A DNA stretch of 64,000 nucleotides from Trichosphaerium sp. ATCC 40318 (Eukaryota > Protista > Tubulinea): positions 1 to 64,000 of the forward strand of contig JALMLS010000556.1 of NCBI GenBank assembly GCA_038496445.1, given 5' to 3'. The translations under genes were made by a program, and so were the position numbers. Of the stretch, positions 38,697 to 50,900 are shown piece after piece. Positions within the stretch are counted from its first letter, which is position 1; every line of letters begins with the position of its first letter. The notes below the pieces were generated by a model. The model was not told where the DNA came from and ran no database searches. It worked only from the letters and a program-made list of their open reading frames with translations.

Positions 38697-39393
38697 ACTG
38701 TAACCATACAATTAGAAATAAAACACGCTCAAGATTATGATTATTAACAACCTTTGATACACGTTACAGTAAGATTTGTTCTTTTTTTTTGGTTGAGTTG
38801 ACAAAAGAAGATGTCTTGAAAAAGAAGAGCAAAAAAAAAAGTTTAGCAATTAAATCGCATGAACAACTGACGGACCTAGTTTGATTCTTTGAAGATCTAT
38901 TGTGTATTCGTTTACAACTATGATTAGTACTGCTACTACAATGTTTAACACAAAGCCAACACCTCCTATTACTACCATCACTGAAAATGACCACCATACT
39001 AATTACTCTGTGAGGATATATCCATAGGCTAGTTTGTATACTCTACTGGGTTTTTTGTGCGAAAACAATCTGAAAAACCATCTTTATCTAACGAAAAAAT
39101 GCTATTTCAGGTGTACACGAAGTTGATTTAGCACATACAAGTATCATGGTATTGTGATTACATGGACACGAACACGTGTCATCGTACGAAAATAGGAATA
39201 CTCGAGGTATCAACAATGTGGCAAGCGCATTTGTGCTACACAAAAAAACCGTTAGATACTCGCACTTAAATGATGACACATAGGCAAAGGGGTTCTTGTA
39301 GGTGTACAATTGTTTAAGGCTTGATCTCATATATTTACGAAAGAAACTGTGTTTATCACTGATTTTCGCTTATTAAATATTTTCAGAACAAAA

Positions 39394-40232
39394 ATGAGAA
39401 TACAACTCCTCTTCGCCCTCATAGCTTGTGTTACCTTCAACGCATGTTCAGCACTTCCACCTCTTAGAGTACCAAATAAATTTACTTTCGAAAGCCCTTA
39501 TGGCTGTGGCGGAGTATCGTACGAGAAATCTGGCCTGTTTATTGATCCAACGTACAATCAGGTAAAATAAAGCGATACTTTAAACAATTTTTCTACTTCT
39601 ATTTACATCTTATTAGCCGTACATGCTCTTCTACAACGCATGTGGTTCTAAATCTGCTTCAGTAACGTTTGATTTGGCTGGAGACGATATGTCTCGTTTT
39701 TGGTACGTTAGGAGAGTGAGGAACGCGAAGCGTATCTCTAACAAGTTTTTGCGTATCACGTGATACCAACAGTCATTGTTTTTTGACATGTTTTTTCTTC
39801 TAGCGACATGGGAAACGTGTCTTTGTTTGAAGTGTCTGCTCACAACACAACTGACCCTCGATTGGCTAACTGTAATACATGGTTTGATTTAACTGTCGGT
39901 CATACATACACTGTACTTTTGAGTAGAGATGACTTGAGGTAAGTACATACCTTTCTTGGTTTTTTTTCAATACCGAAGCTCCGCTTACTTCGTACAGAGC
40001 ACTCTTTGCTTTCACTGTTAATGCTGCCGGACCATTACCTATTACATCAACATCTACACTTGACATTACTTACGGTAAACAAATAATACAGTTCTATAAG
40101 AGCGCTAATGTTGATTTTTCTTTTGTAGGCTTACTCTTGAACCAAAAAATAAGCGTTGAAAGTGAATCACCAAATTTCGATTGGCAAAAACCAATTGGTG
40201 AATTAGATGATGTTCTCATAACACAGAAATAA
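39394..40232 (+). CDS. Secreted hypothetical protein
   Basis: Signal peptide MRIQLLFALIACVTFNACSA; several GT-AG introns; stop 40230-40232. Confidence 0.65.
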
Positions 40233-40895
40233 ACATATTATTTTTTACTACACAAATCTGGAAGTATGTCTCATATTTTCTAGCTTCGGGGGTAACCTTT
40301 CTCTCGTGACAGCAAAAAATTAACTGGTGTTACTTACCTGCGCCCTCTCATCATATTATAATAGTTTAGGATCCTTGCCCAGTACAACAAGTTTGCCCTA
40401 ACGGTCAAGTGACTTTGACAGGCAAGTTAACAGTCAAAAAATTTTGTAAGTTGGGTTGATTTTTGCTTTCGCTACTGCTACTTGTTAAGCAACTTATTAG
40501 AGGTTAACTGATACATATATTTGTTTGTATGTATATTGCATTGTTTTATATCTATTTTATTCTACATAAGTAACAGACACGATAGAACCCATGCCCAATA
40601 ACTTTACTAACAGTACATTTTTGTTTTCTATCTGAATTTATATGTATGCCCTACAACAATTGGTACCAAGAGAAGAACCAAAAGCTGCTAGTTTTATTTC
40701 AGAATGATTCATACCATAGCACCATTTTTTGCCTTCATAATTCGCGCTCTATCCACCTATCCACCTAATGTGGTTGCGTTTGTATTGCTACACACAACAT
40801 AATTCATTTGAAGATACTAAACTTGGTATGCTCCTTCTCGCTAGTTCAGTAAGGCTTGTTGTATGTTAAACTTTTTTATTTTGAGGCTCTTCTAC

Positions 40896-43800
40896 TTATT
40901 TCTTGGCTACAGCAGGATGATGTTGTACATAGTTTTTCAAGGAAGGTGTTACAGTATTTAACGCTTCCAAAAAATCATTCATTGACTAAGTAAGAATTAA
41001 CAAATTTTAAGCATAAAACTAACAAACACGTACAACAATCGGAGCTTGTTTGTCGCGCCTGATAGCGTTTATTGCAGCTTCTCGGCATAACCCTTCAATG
41101 TCAGCGCCTGAAAATTCCTAACCAACATAAATAGGAAGGTCTTACTATCCCTAAAGGTACGTACTGACGTCTTGTGTGCTAAAACATCGAAATCAATTTT
41201 ATCATCCAGAGGCATATTCTTCTTTGTTGTATGTACATGTAAGATTGCCTTTCTTCCTTCAAGATCAGGTGCTGGTACTTCTATAAGGTTATCTACACGT
41301 CCTGGACGTAATAAAGCCTCATCCAGCATATCTGGACGGTTTGTAGCAGCAACAACAATAACACCTTCCATAGCCTAATATTATGTTAACATAACAACCA
41401 AGTTTGTATGAAGCACGTACCTCAACGCCATCCATCTCATTCAACAGCGTTGATAACACTCTATTCTGTACACCAGAGTCATGAGTTGAACCTATCAAGA
41501 AGTAAATACACGAACAGTCGCAAGCATGTCCAATCCACACTTGATCTTTTTACAACAATGGAATCAATCTCATCTATAAATACAATAGCTGGTGCTGCCA
41601 TTCTAGCTTTTTGAAAAGTAGTACGAACTATGCGTTCTGCTTCCCCTACATATGAAGAAAATACAGCTGCTCCAGACATTGATATAAAAGTTACTTTTGA
41701 CTTCGCAGCAACAGCCTTAAAAAAACTTCAGAAATCGGCTTACAAAAAGGTGTATACCTTCACCATAGTTGTTTTGCTACATCCAGGAGGTCCATACAAT
41801 AATACACCACGTGATGCTCTAAAGTTGTGTTTTGCATAACGAGCAGCATGTTGGAAGGGGCTAATGATAGCTTTCTGAAGAGCCTATCCAAAGAAATTAC
41901 TATGTGGTTTCTAGTTTAAAGATATGTTTATTCCTTACTTGTTTAACATCCGACAGCCCACCTATATCATCAAATGCTGTTTCAGGAACCTGAGTATGAA
42001 TTCCACGTCTTAAAGAAGGTTGTGTATGTGCTAGAGCATATGTAAAGTCTGCTTCAGTGATTTCAGCATCATTAACTTCAATTCTAACAAAATTAACAGG
42101 TAACCTAGTCAAAGGTACAACACTTACTTTCTATCAATCGCTCTCTTTAATGCTGATTGTGCCGCATTTTGAACGAGATTAACCATATCAGCTGCTACAT
42201 ATCCAACACACTGAGCAGAAATAACATCTAAATCAATTGTCACGCAAAACGAATGAACAGCAGTCAAAAATACTCACCCAGATCTACACTTACTGTAGCT
42301 AATTTCTTGCAATGAATCTTTAATATTTCTTTACGCATAGATGCATTTGGCACTGGTATCATAACTTCTTTATCAAACCTACCTATTAGGAAACCAAAGT
42401 AAGTATCCTACAGCAATATCTTTAAGCTCAAATTACCTGGTCTTCTTATAGCAACGTCCTAATTGCTCATTAGTTATCTCCGACTAATTATAACTATTTA
42501 CTTACCAATAAACTTGGATCATGAGTAGCCGCTAGAATAACAAGTTGCGAGGATTGTTGAGTCTGAGCACCATCAAGCAAGGTAAGAAGTTGACTTACAA
42601 TGCGAAGCATATGTTGATCTTCTTCGCTTCTCTTAGAAGCTACAGCATCCTTAATTCAATTAGAATACAGCTATTGCTATCTAATAACAAAAACACAGTT
42701 TATCAACACGTACAATAGCGTCTAAGAAGAGAATACAATGTCCTTGGTTCTGAGCAACTTCAAATACTTTCCTTAAATATTCTTCACTTTCGCCAAGGTA
42801 TGTGCCGTAGATAGCATTACAATCAATAGTTATAATAGGCGTATTTGTTTTTGATGCTACAGCTTGAACAAGTACTGATTTACCAACTACAAAAAAGTAA
42901 GCTTCCAAGGATATCACAGAACCTCTGTTAGGTGTACCTCCTGAAGGACCAGATATGATAACGCCTGAAATTTGGAACTGTTAAGAAATCACATATGAAT
43001 CTACTTGTACACGTGCCTGAGGGCTTAAAATGTTTGCTTAGTTCTCCTGCATCACTCGAAAATGTTACTACATCACATAGTAATTCTAATTGTTTGTCCA
43101 TCCCTACAATATCCGGAAAGTCTGGCATACAAACCTAAAAGAAATGATATTAACAAGAAGAGTACTAATAAAGTGAAGTAACAAAAAGGTGTACTACCTC
43201 AAACTTGTCGCTTGATTGTTTTTTGCTATTCTCGAAAGCCTGAGGGGGTAGTATTTCTATCACAGTGTTTGATCCGACTCTAACGTATCCACTTGGAAAA
43301 GTAGAAGCGATCTGAATGCAAGTCAGTAACCGTGACAAAAACCAAAGTAAAAGAAGAAACCTTAATTGGATTGCTCTTATCTCCATTTATAATACACCCA
43401 TCAACCAATACAAGCTGTCGTAGCCATGAACGTATCTGTTGTCTCTTTATAATATTTTTAGAGCGAGATCCAGAGCCTTTGGAATCGAGAGGCGACGCTT
43501 AACAGTGAGTTTCAATAAATAATTATTTTGCTGCCAGGAGTGTTTTTTTCACGTGAATGAGCGCTTATGGCGTACTTGTTGGTTGCACTTGTATTTTTTT
43601 TGCCGCTTTTATTGATTTAGGCTCTATGGTACAAATCTCAACGCTGCTACCATAAACATCCTTTGGAGTGGTGGTTTTGGGCTTTGTTGTTGGTTCTTCA
43701 CCTTGTTTAGTGTGTTTGATAAAGGTGTCAATTTGAACATCACTGTTGCTTCGATTGTGCGTAGGCCAAGCCTTTGCAAGCGTTGGTAAACTGAGAATTA

Positions 43801-44041
43801 TCCAACTACGCTCGTACCAAACAGATAAACGTCTACGACAGCTATAAGTACCTACCAGACTTACTACACGCGTATGCGCGTTGTTAAAAAAAAAAAAACA
43901 ACGTACTTCGTCAGTGTTTACTATTGTCGCTTTAACTACATCACCCAACTGGATTCCAAGCCTCTGAAATACTTCTGGACCTATTCGGCATTTACCTGTC
44001 CCTTCATCTTCATACCGCAAAGGTATAAGCTCAAGCGCCAT
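40896..44041 (-). CDS. AFG2B: Double AAA+ ATPase of CDC48 family, SPATA5L1/AFG2B-like
   Basis: N-terminus [20 protein letters not shown]...AWP...VQID resembles SPATA5L1; D1 GPSGVGKS; D2 [32 protein letters not shown]. Confidence 0.8.
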
Positions 44042-44102
44042 ACCTGGCGTAGTAAAGACTTTGATAGAAACTTTAGAGTGTCAAAGCTTTTCCATAGAAT
44101 TA
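44042..44102. promoter_or_regulatory. Putative minimal bidirectional promoter region (AFG2B-like / merT-like)
   Basis: Only 61 bp between divergent ATGs at 44041 and 44103. Confidence 0.45.
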
Positions 44103-44547
44103 ATGACGCAGCCCGTTATCAAATCCGCAATTTCATCTGGTATAGCTGCTTTCACAGCTATTGCAGCAACTTCTTGTTGCTGGGGGCCTGGATTAGCCGC
44201 ATTGGCTGGAGCTAGTGGTACATTTACTTTTATTCGCCTTAAACCGATCATATCGGGTTTCTTATACGTGCCAAGGTCCATTGGGGAACTCGCTTAGTTT
44301 TATTAAACCGTTAACGCCGTATTTCTTTGCTGTTGGTGGAACAGCGTTAGGTTACGCGTGGTATACACATTTAAAACCCAAAACAGACTCTTGCTGTAAA
44401 GCTGGCTCTGCGACGAAAGTACCATTCACACAGAGTCGCGCCTTTCTCGTACTAATGACTGCAACATTCCTTATTTCTATTGGCTACGAATACGCTTACA
44501 AACCATTTTTTTCAACATCTGAAGAATCTTGTGGCTGCGAGCATTGA
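44103..44547 (+). CDS. merT: MerT-like mercury/heavy-metal transport protein, one intron (44218-44275)
   Basis: Spliced ...FTAIAATSCCWGPGLAALAGASGPLGNSLSFIKPLTPYF...LGYAWYTHLKPKTDSCC...KVPFTQSRAFL; three TMs, TM1 Cys pair and loop Cys pair. Confidence 0.8.
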
Positions 44548-44638
44548 TCCACAATTATAATAACTAAAAATCACGTGACAAAATGAAGTTGCAACTACAT
44601 TATAATACACTATTTTCATCTCTTCGAGTTTCGGCTTA

Positions 44639-45475
44639 CTACATAAAACCTTGAATTACAATATCGCAGATTTGTGACTGTGTTAGTTCTTCTAGTTTAA
44701 GCTCATTCTGTTTACAATACTCGCGTACAACTAACTTCTCAAGACTCTTTTGTAATTTCTCCAAGCTATTTGCTGACAGCGAAGGCCATAAGTACTTTAC
44801 ATCACTGTCACTATATCCTTCTGGCCACAGTAAAGACTTGGTAGTCTCTAAATCCTCCCTCAGGGCACGCAGTATAACTACCAATCGATAAAACGAAGCT
44901 TTTGTTGAAGTTGTTGGAAGCCATTGCTGATACAGATTAAATGTGAAAAAATCATCTCCTGTCGCTTTAAGAACTTTGTCACCAATGGTGGGAAGCTGTA
45001 GTAGAGATGATAGTATCAACTTTATGTCACACTCAAGTATTTCTATACCATCATGCTCTGGGTGACGGTACATCTCGTCAATGATTGATGTACGAGTGCA
45101 TGCTATTGTTTGAGGCTTTGTGTCTTTTGGCCAAGTTAACATTAATGAGGCTACCTCTAAGGCTGCTTTTTCTACCGCTTTCCGTCCCTTAAGAGCCGTT
45201 AGAAAGTTTATGAATCGCGTTTGAAAAAGCAAAATGCGTACGTTTCTTCGTTTAACATTCCAAACCGATGTATGTACTACCTTGGCGCGTAGATCACCAG
45301 TACAAGGGTTGAAAAGAAAAATTACACCATTTATTGGCCTTGTAGTTAAATTGCCTTCAATAGTCTTGTGTATGGTAACACGATAAACGCTCGACTCGTC
45401 CAGTACCCATAGATTTTTATCTGATGTCAAATGATTATAGTCATTGGCTACTTGCTTGCAATCACTGTTTGCCAT
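44639..45475 (-). CDS. Stand-alone divergent Prp8 RNase H-like domain (PRP8 domain IV), one in-frame 54-bp intron (45188-45241)
   Basis: VYRVTIHKTIEGNLTTRPINGVIFLFNPCTG...HTSVW...GDKVLKAT...FNLYQQWL...FYRLVVILRAL...WPSLS...LTQSQICDIV is colinear with Prp8 domain IV. Own ATG and stop. Confidence 0.9.
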   Translation of the reverse strand: MANSDCKQVANDYNHLTSDKNLWVLDESSVYRVTIHKTIEGNLTTRPINGVIFLFNPCTGDLRAKVVHTSVWNVKRRNVRILLFQTRFINFLTALKGRKAVEKAALEVASLMLTWPKDTKPQTIACTRTSIIDEMYRHPEHDGIEILECDIKLILSSLLQLPTIGDKVLKATGDDFFTFNLYQQWLPTTSTKASFYRLVVILRALREDLETTKSLLWPEGYSDSDVKYLWPSLSANSLEKLQKSLEKLVVREYCKQNELKLEELTQSQICDIVIQGFM

Positions 45476-45854
45476 CCTATGTGTTGTTTTTGAAGCAAAA
45501 AGACAGAAAAAGAAGGTAGTAGAACTAACTTAAATCTTAGCTAAGTACCAGTTTTGTTCAAAAAAAAGAGTTTTTTTTTCGTGTTTCAAGATACACATAT
45601 TACATATTGCAGCTATTATAACGTTAACTAAAGCTAACTAGTTGTTTGAACCTGTTACACATATGGATAGCGAAGGTGTTGTAGTACATTTCACTGAATT
45701 GTTAGAAGTCGACTTAGGTTAATCAGCTTTCAGAACCTAAACGGTTTGTAACCGGAAAAGTTATACTTCTACATTTGATAGTATTAGTACTGGTGTTTAA
45801 TATAATATTTTCATGTTTGTTGCAGGTTTGGCAGAAGTATCAAATTGCAAGATG

Positions 45855-45932
45855 TTGCAAGAACTAACAAATCTGACAAACTTGCAACAACTAGCAGAAA
45901 TTACAAGATGTCAGTTTTGTTAGTTCTTGCAA
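45855..45932. repeat. 24-bp inverted repeat within a TTGCAA-rich patch
   Basis: ttgcaagaactaacaaatctgaca ... tgtcagttttgttagttcttgcaa (one mismatch). Confidence 0.7.
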
Positions 45933-46565
45933 GAACTGACAGCTTTGATAAAAACTTGCATAACCAGTGCAATGTGAATGTATCACATTCTATAACTCAT
46001 GACAATGTACCTTGCCTGCTGTCCTAATGTACATTAAGGCAAGATGAAAAACCACTGTGTCAAAGTCACAGCATCTACCAAGACGAGCGCAGTATCTCAC
46101 GTAGGTGCGCTCTCATTACTACTCACCCAGGAGCTATAAAAACGAGTACTAATTAATAATTATTTACATGTTAACTTACTAGCACCACGCGCGAATGCTG
46201 GCATATTCAGGCGTACAGAGGAGTATTAAAAGTTGCAAAGTGTTGCAAACTTGAATGATACGAACAATATTGAATAACATAGTGTACCACAACAGTAGGT
46301 GTAATGACCTTGTCTATATTGGTGGTAGTACAGGTGAGGTATCAATGAAGAAGAGCTTTACAGATTTTACAGCACAGTATTAAAGTCTTTAGTTGATAAT
46401 CAAAGTCACAGTATTACGCCAGTTTCTTTTCATCATGACAATATTCTTAGTACGTCAAAGTCATTTCGTTGTGTCAGTTGATCTACATTGATTGAGGTTG
46501 TACACGGAATAAACCTCACTACTCCAGCAGTTTACTCTAACATCAGAACCAGTGAAATACTATGC

Positions 46566-47821
46566 TTATTCTAGCGTAAAAGTAACACTAGTATCATCCA
46601 GACCTTCGGCAATTGTATCTCTATCTAGTTGTATTGAAACAGTATTTGTAAGCAATCCATGATCCACATGACCACCTAAACAGATATGTTATTTATTTAC
46701 AAATTGACACATGCATAAAGTTGTTAGTACCAGCGTCCATATTCCTTAAATGTTTGCATTGTGACTTGAAATCGACAATGTAAAATAGATCTATCTTTGG
46801 CTGACCACGTGATAACAAAAAATAATTATCAGTAACTAGTCCATACGTATACTCAGCATCATCTGCTCTTTGCAACATGTTAAAAGGTCGGCAAGGTAGG
46901 TGCACAATATAACACAAAGGGCGTACTTTATTTTCCATTTTGAAAAGGTCGCCGTTGCTTTAAACGTCACTGACGAAAGTGGCTTCATCTCTCTGAAAAA
47001 ATTGATCTTATTCCCACCTCCTGAAACACGGGCGCTGTAAGCTATATACTTTCTAGAAGATCCTCCCCATCTCATAGAGCAGTCACGATGACTCCAATAA
47101 AATTGTAATCCTCCACCTGTAACGAACTTATTGCAATCTTGTTCTGTTTGTCCGTTTCCTTAATACAACAAACATGTTAATAATTTAGAAGCACAACTGC
47201 AACTTGCTCTACAAGATGAGCGAGTTCAGTTACAATTTCAGTGAACTGTTTCTATTTGTTAAATAAGGCGAAAAACTTTTGTTACAAAAAATCAGCGTAC
47301 CAAGGAGGATGTTTACAGTTTTTGACGCTGATAAGTTTGTAAGCTGAAGGGTAAAAGTAATAGTGTCTCCCAAAGCTAAACGGGATTTGTCTACTGTTAG
47401 TTTTGGCTGTACAGGCGGATGAGCTCTGGTGTAATTGAGAAATCGCTGTTTCCAACATGTTGGGTTTTTAAACGGTCTCTGAGAAGTTAAAACCGGTGCA
47501 GTGTAGTCTACGTTAGTGATCCATCGGCCTCCTTCTCGTTTAAGAAGGAATCCTGGATGAGCAAGTTAGTTAATACAAATTGGTTTAATAACGCTTGCCT
47601 TTGGCTCTCCTGTCTAAGTACATACAGTAACCTCGTCTGTACCATTGTTCAATCGCGATGTAGTTGTTTTTGCCGAAAAAAGCGTTAAACAAGCGCATCC
47701 ACACAGCATCGTTAGAGAAAAGAGCTAAGCAGCGCTTTGAGGTGACAGAAATATTGTACAAGCTCCATAGATCCAAAATAGAAGCAATAGGTATGAACAG
47801 GTCTTGTGGGAGGTGTTCCAT
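46566..47821 (-). CDS. F-box protein with beta-rich C-terminal region
   Basis: MEHLPQDLFIPIASILDLWSLYNISVTSKRCLALFSNDAVW (F-box), WKQRF, ITFTLQLTN; five exons. Confidence 0.75.
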
Positions 47822-47912
47822 GTTTAGTTATTTATACCAACTGTTGAATTAAGCTAGCTTGACATTTTACCAAATTTGAAAAATTGCTCAGTTTAACGTT
47901 TCGACCTTGGTG

Positions 47913-50900
47913 ATGGCATATCACGCGCAAAATGTACTGGCTGTCGCGTTGTATTTGTCAATTGTAGCCTCTGCCGTCGCCAACGTAATTATTCATCCCA
48001 AATACACTACTATAACACAAACACAGCGAAGGAACGAATACAGTGGAGTATTGGAAGTTTTACAGTCTGATAACTTTAACACACAAGAATCATCACTGTA
48101 CCATTTACTTCGCGTCGAGAATCCACACCATCACGCGGGGAAGGTTTTTCACTTAGAAATTAACGATACGATCAATTTATCTCATGGGGATCACATTCGC
48201 GTCAACGCATCGCTAGGCACGTTGAGCGTTAAAATAAATACAGGATATCACGTTGGAAAGCAACATTTACGAGTACATACAATCTTACAGCATTCAAAAC
48301 GCAACACACAACGTACTCAACCAACCCGCAATCAAACCATCCAAGAATACGCGTCAGTTGACGTTTCAAAGGTTGTACAAACATCCATCGCGCTCAACAA
48401 TCGTTTTTGATACCTTGTAGCGTATTCTTGCTATTGGTGCTTCTGCTGACAACTTTACATCACCAACGCATGTGCGATTGGGTCGTATTGCGGCAATAGT
48501 TGTCGACTTTGAGGATACAAATGTGGAGGTACACTAATTCTGGTTTAAAAAAACCATTTTGATTAAATACTGTCCTTAGTGCTCTACGGGAGAGATATCA
48601 AGAACTCTGTGGGGTGGTATAGAATCTGTACAGCACGTTTTCAATAGAAATTCTTTTGGTGAAGCAACTTTTGTTAGAGATACAAGTACGTCTTTTTTGG
48701 TTAGAAAAGTCCGTATAGGCTCACTGAGCGAAATGACTTTGGCCAAATAATAAGTATTCATTAGGTGCAAATGCTCATGTTTATCGTGTTAAGATTGGAT
48801 TAAAACAGGGAAAAGAGAAACTATGCAAACCAGCTTTGTGGTATGCATTTATAAACCGCACTGCATCGGTTCTTTTTTGATTAACTTTACGTTTTTTCAG
48901 GTCTACACTGGCAATCATAGAAGCGGAAAAGAATGGTGTAGAACTACAAAATTATCAGCACCACATGTTTTTTATACCAGGAACATCTCATATTCAAAAT
49001 GTACTCCATTTTAATTGTTTTTTTCAATCTTACCAAGTATTTTAAGATGTGTAAATGGAACGGGCTTGGAAATGTTGGTTGTGGTGTTTATTGCACTACT
49101 TGGATTAGTAGTTGTAAGGATCGTAATGTTATCTCTCATGAGCTTGGACATAATCTCGGACTTCCTCATGCTGCAAGAAATATGTGGTTGAGGGTGCGAT
49201 CAACGCTCTGTTTTATCTATTTTTATAGTTACTCACTGCTTAATCAATAAAGGGTGATGTTATTGAATATGGCGATCCTACAGCAATTATGGGAAATGTT
49301 TGGTCTATTTCCGATAAGACATTTTTCTTCAATGCGCCTCATAGGTAAGTACATTTTCGGATTTGACATTTTGACACATTTTATTCATTGAATATGTATA
49401 GAGTTATGTTGAATTGGCTTAAACACGTTACTACAGTGACTAGCAGTGGAGTATATGAAGTATTTCCTTTTAATAACATGGCATACAAACTTGACAATAA
49501 GATACAAGCACTTCGTATACAGAGGCATGATATCAGTCAAAAAGGTAGATGTAGCTCTTAAGTTGGTGCTAAACTTTTAACTCTCTTTAGTCGTACCTTA
49601 CTATTACTTTTCCTACACTATTGGGGAAGGTTCAATGTACAGTGGCTCATGTGTTGTTCATATGGTATATGATCCTCGTCGCAATACAGAATTTATGAGA
49701 ACAATGGTAGCAGGTACGACACTCATACGTAATGTTATTTCTGTGTTAATTTTTCATGTTAGGAGACGTATTCAAAGACGTTGGTGGAACCTTTTCAGCT
49801 CAACTGATGTCAATTGACAACGAAAAGATGGTGCTTAAATTTGATCATGGATGCAGTGCAAGTACAACTGAAATAGATATCGTACCAAGCAATGAAATAT
49901 CCAAAGTATGTAGTAACTATTATGTATTTTATTTCTACTTACTTTTTACAAACAGAAGTATCACGTAGTATCCAAGGAAAACCAAACTAAAGTATACATA
50001 CATCAATCGGCTTCTCAAAAACCTAGTATATCATTTGATTTCAAAATAACAAACAAAGACACTGCAGTTTGTCCTCAAAAGAATTATACTTTTTCAGCAA
50101 AGGTAAAGCTAAATTTTATCAAAGATTTACTAACTCAAGATGTAGGCGTTAAACAATGCTTTCAATACTACTGTAGGAATAGAATTTGATCCTCCTCATA
50201 TTGTATTAGAAGGGACGCAACAGTGTAGTGTAAAAATGATCATAAGAGCCAAGGAGGTTCGTTAAACTTAAAACAGTTTCCTGCTGAAAAACTAAACAAA
50301 ACAAGGGTGTTCTTGGTGATTTTGCTTCAAAGATTAACATGAAAGCAATGGTAACCGGGAGCTATGGTGCTAATCAAACAACTGAGCTTGATTTAACATT
50401 AGCTAACCCGCCAACGTGTACCAACATAGATAGGTAAGTAACAAAACAAACGCCCATATATTTTAAGTATCACCTTTTTTTAAGTCATTTCATTAGGGTT
50501 ACCCCAACGCTAGATATTGACGACAAACAGTTAATGATGACTGTTGGGCATCATTACACGTTGGTTGGTTCAGTACACAATAATGATCCAAAGTTATGTG
50601 GTACAAGAGCCTTCACAATAACACATAACAGTAAGGGTCTATTCTTCTCTTTTTAAAACTTTATTGACATTACAACCACAGGCGATTGGGTTAAAACACC
50701 TCAAAAAATATCAGTTTTTTCGGAGAAGGTGGAAGAATTCTTTATTGAAGTAACTGCACCTGATAGCTTACCTAAAAACGCTTCTAAAATAATCACGTAT
50801 GAAAATGACATACCAAAGATTTAGACCTAACATCGATTTAGGATTACTCTTAAAGATGATCTCTTAGGCACTGAAATTACATCTAACCTTTCAGTAAATG

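Larger units (their letters stand above)
37450..38776. repeat. Foldback: ~320-bp inverted repeats (37450-37775 / 38451-38776) carrying 3' exons of two divergent small genes
   Basis: Outer ~100 bp identical, inner part highly similar except for the intron; weaker similarity continues inward. Confidence 0.85.

Noticed and set aside
40240-40860. Possible minus-strand gene remnant between the secreted protein and AFG2B-like gene
   Set aside because: Only short open stretches with stops; nothing recognisable.
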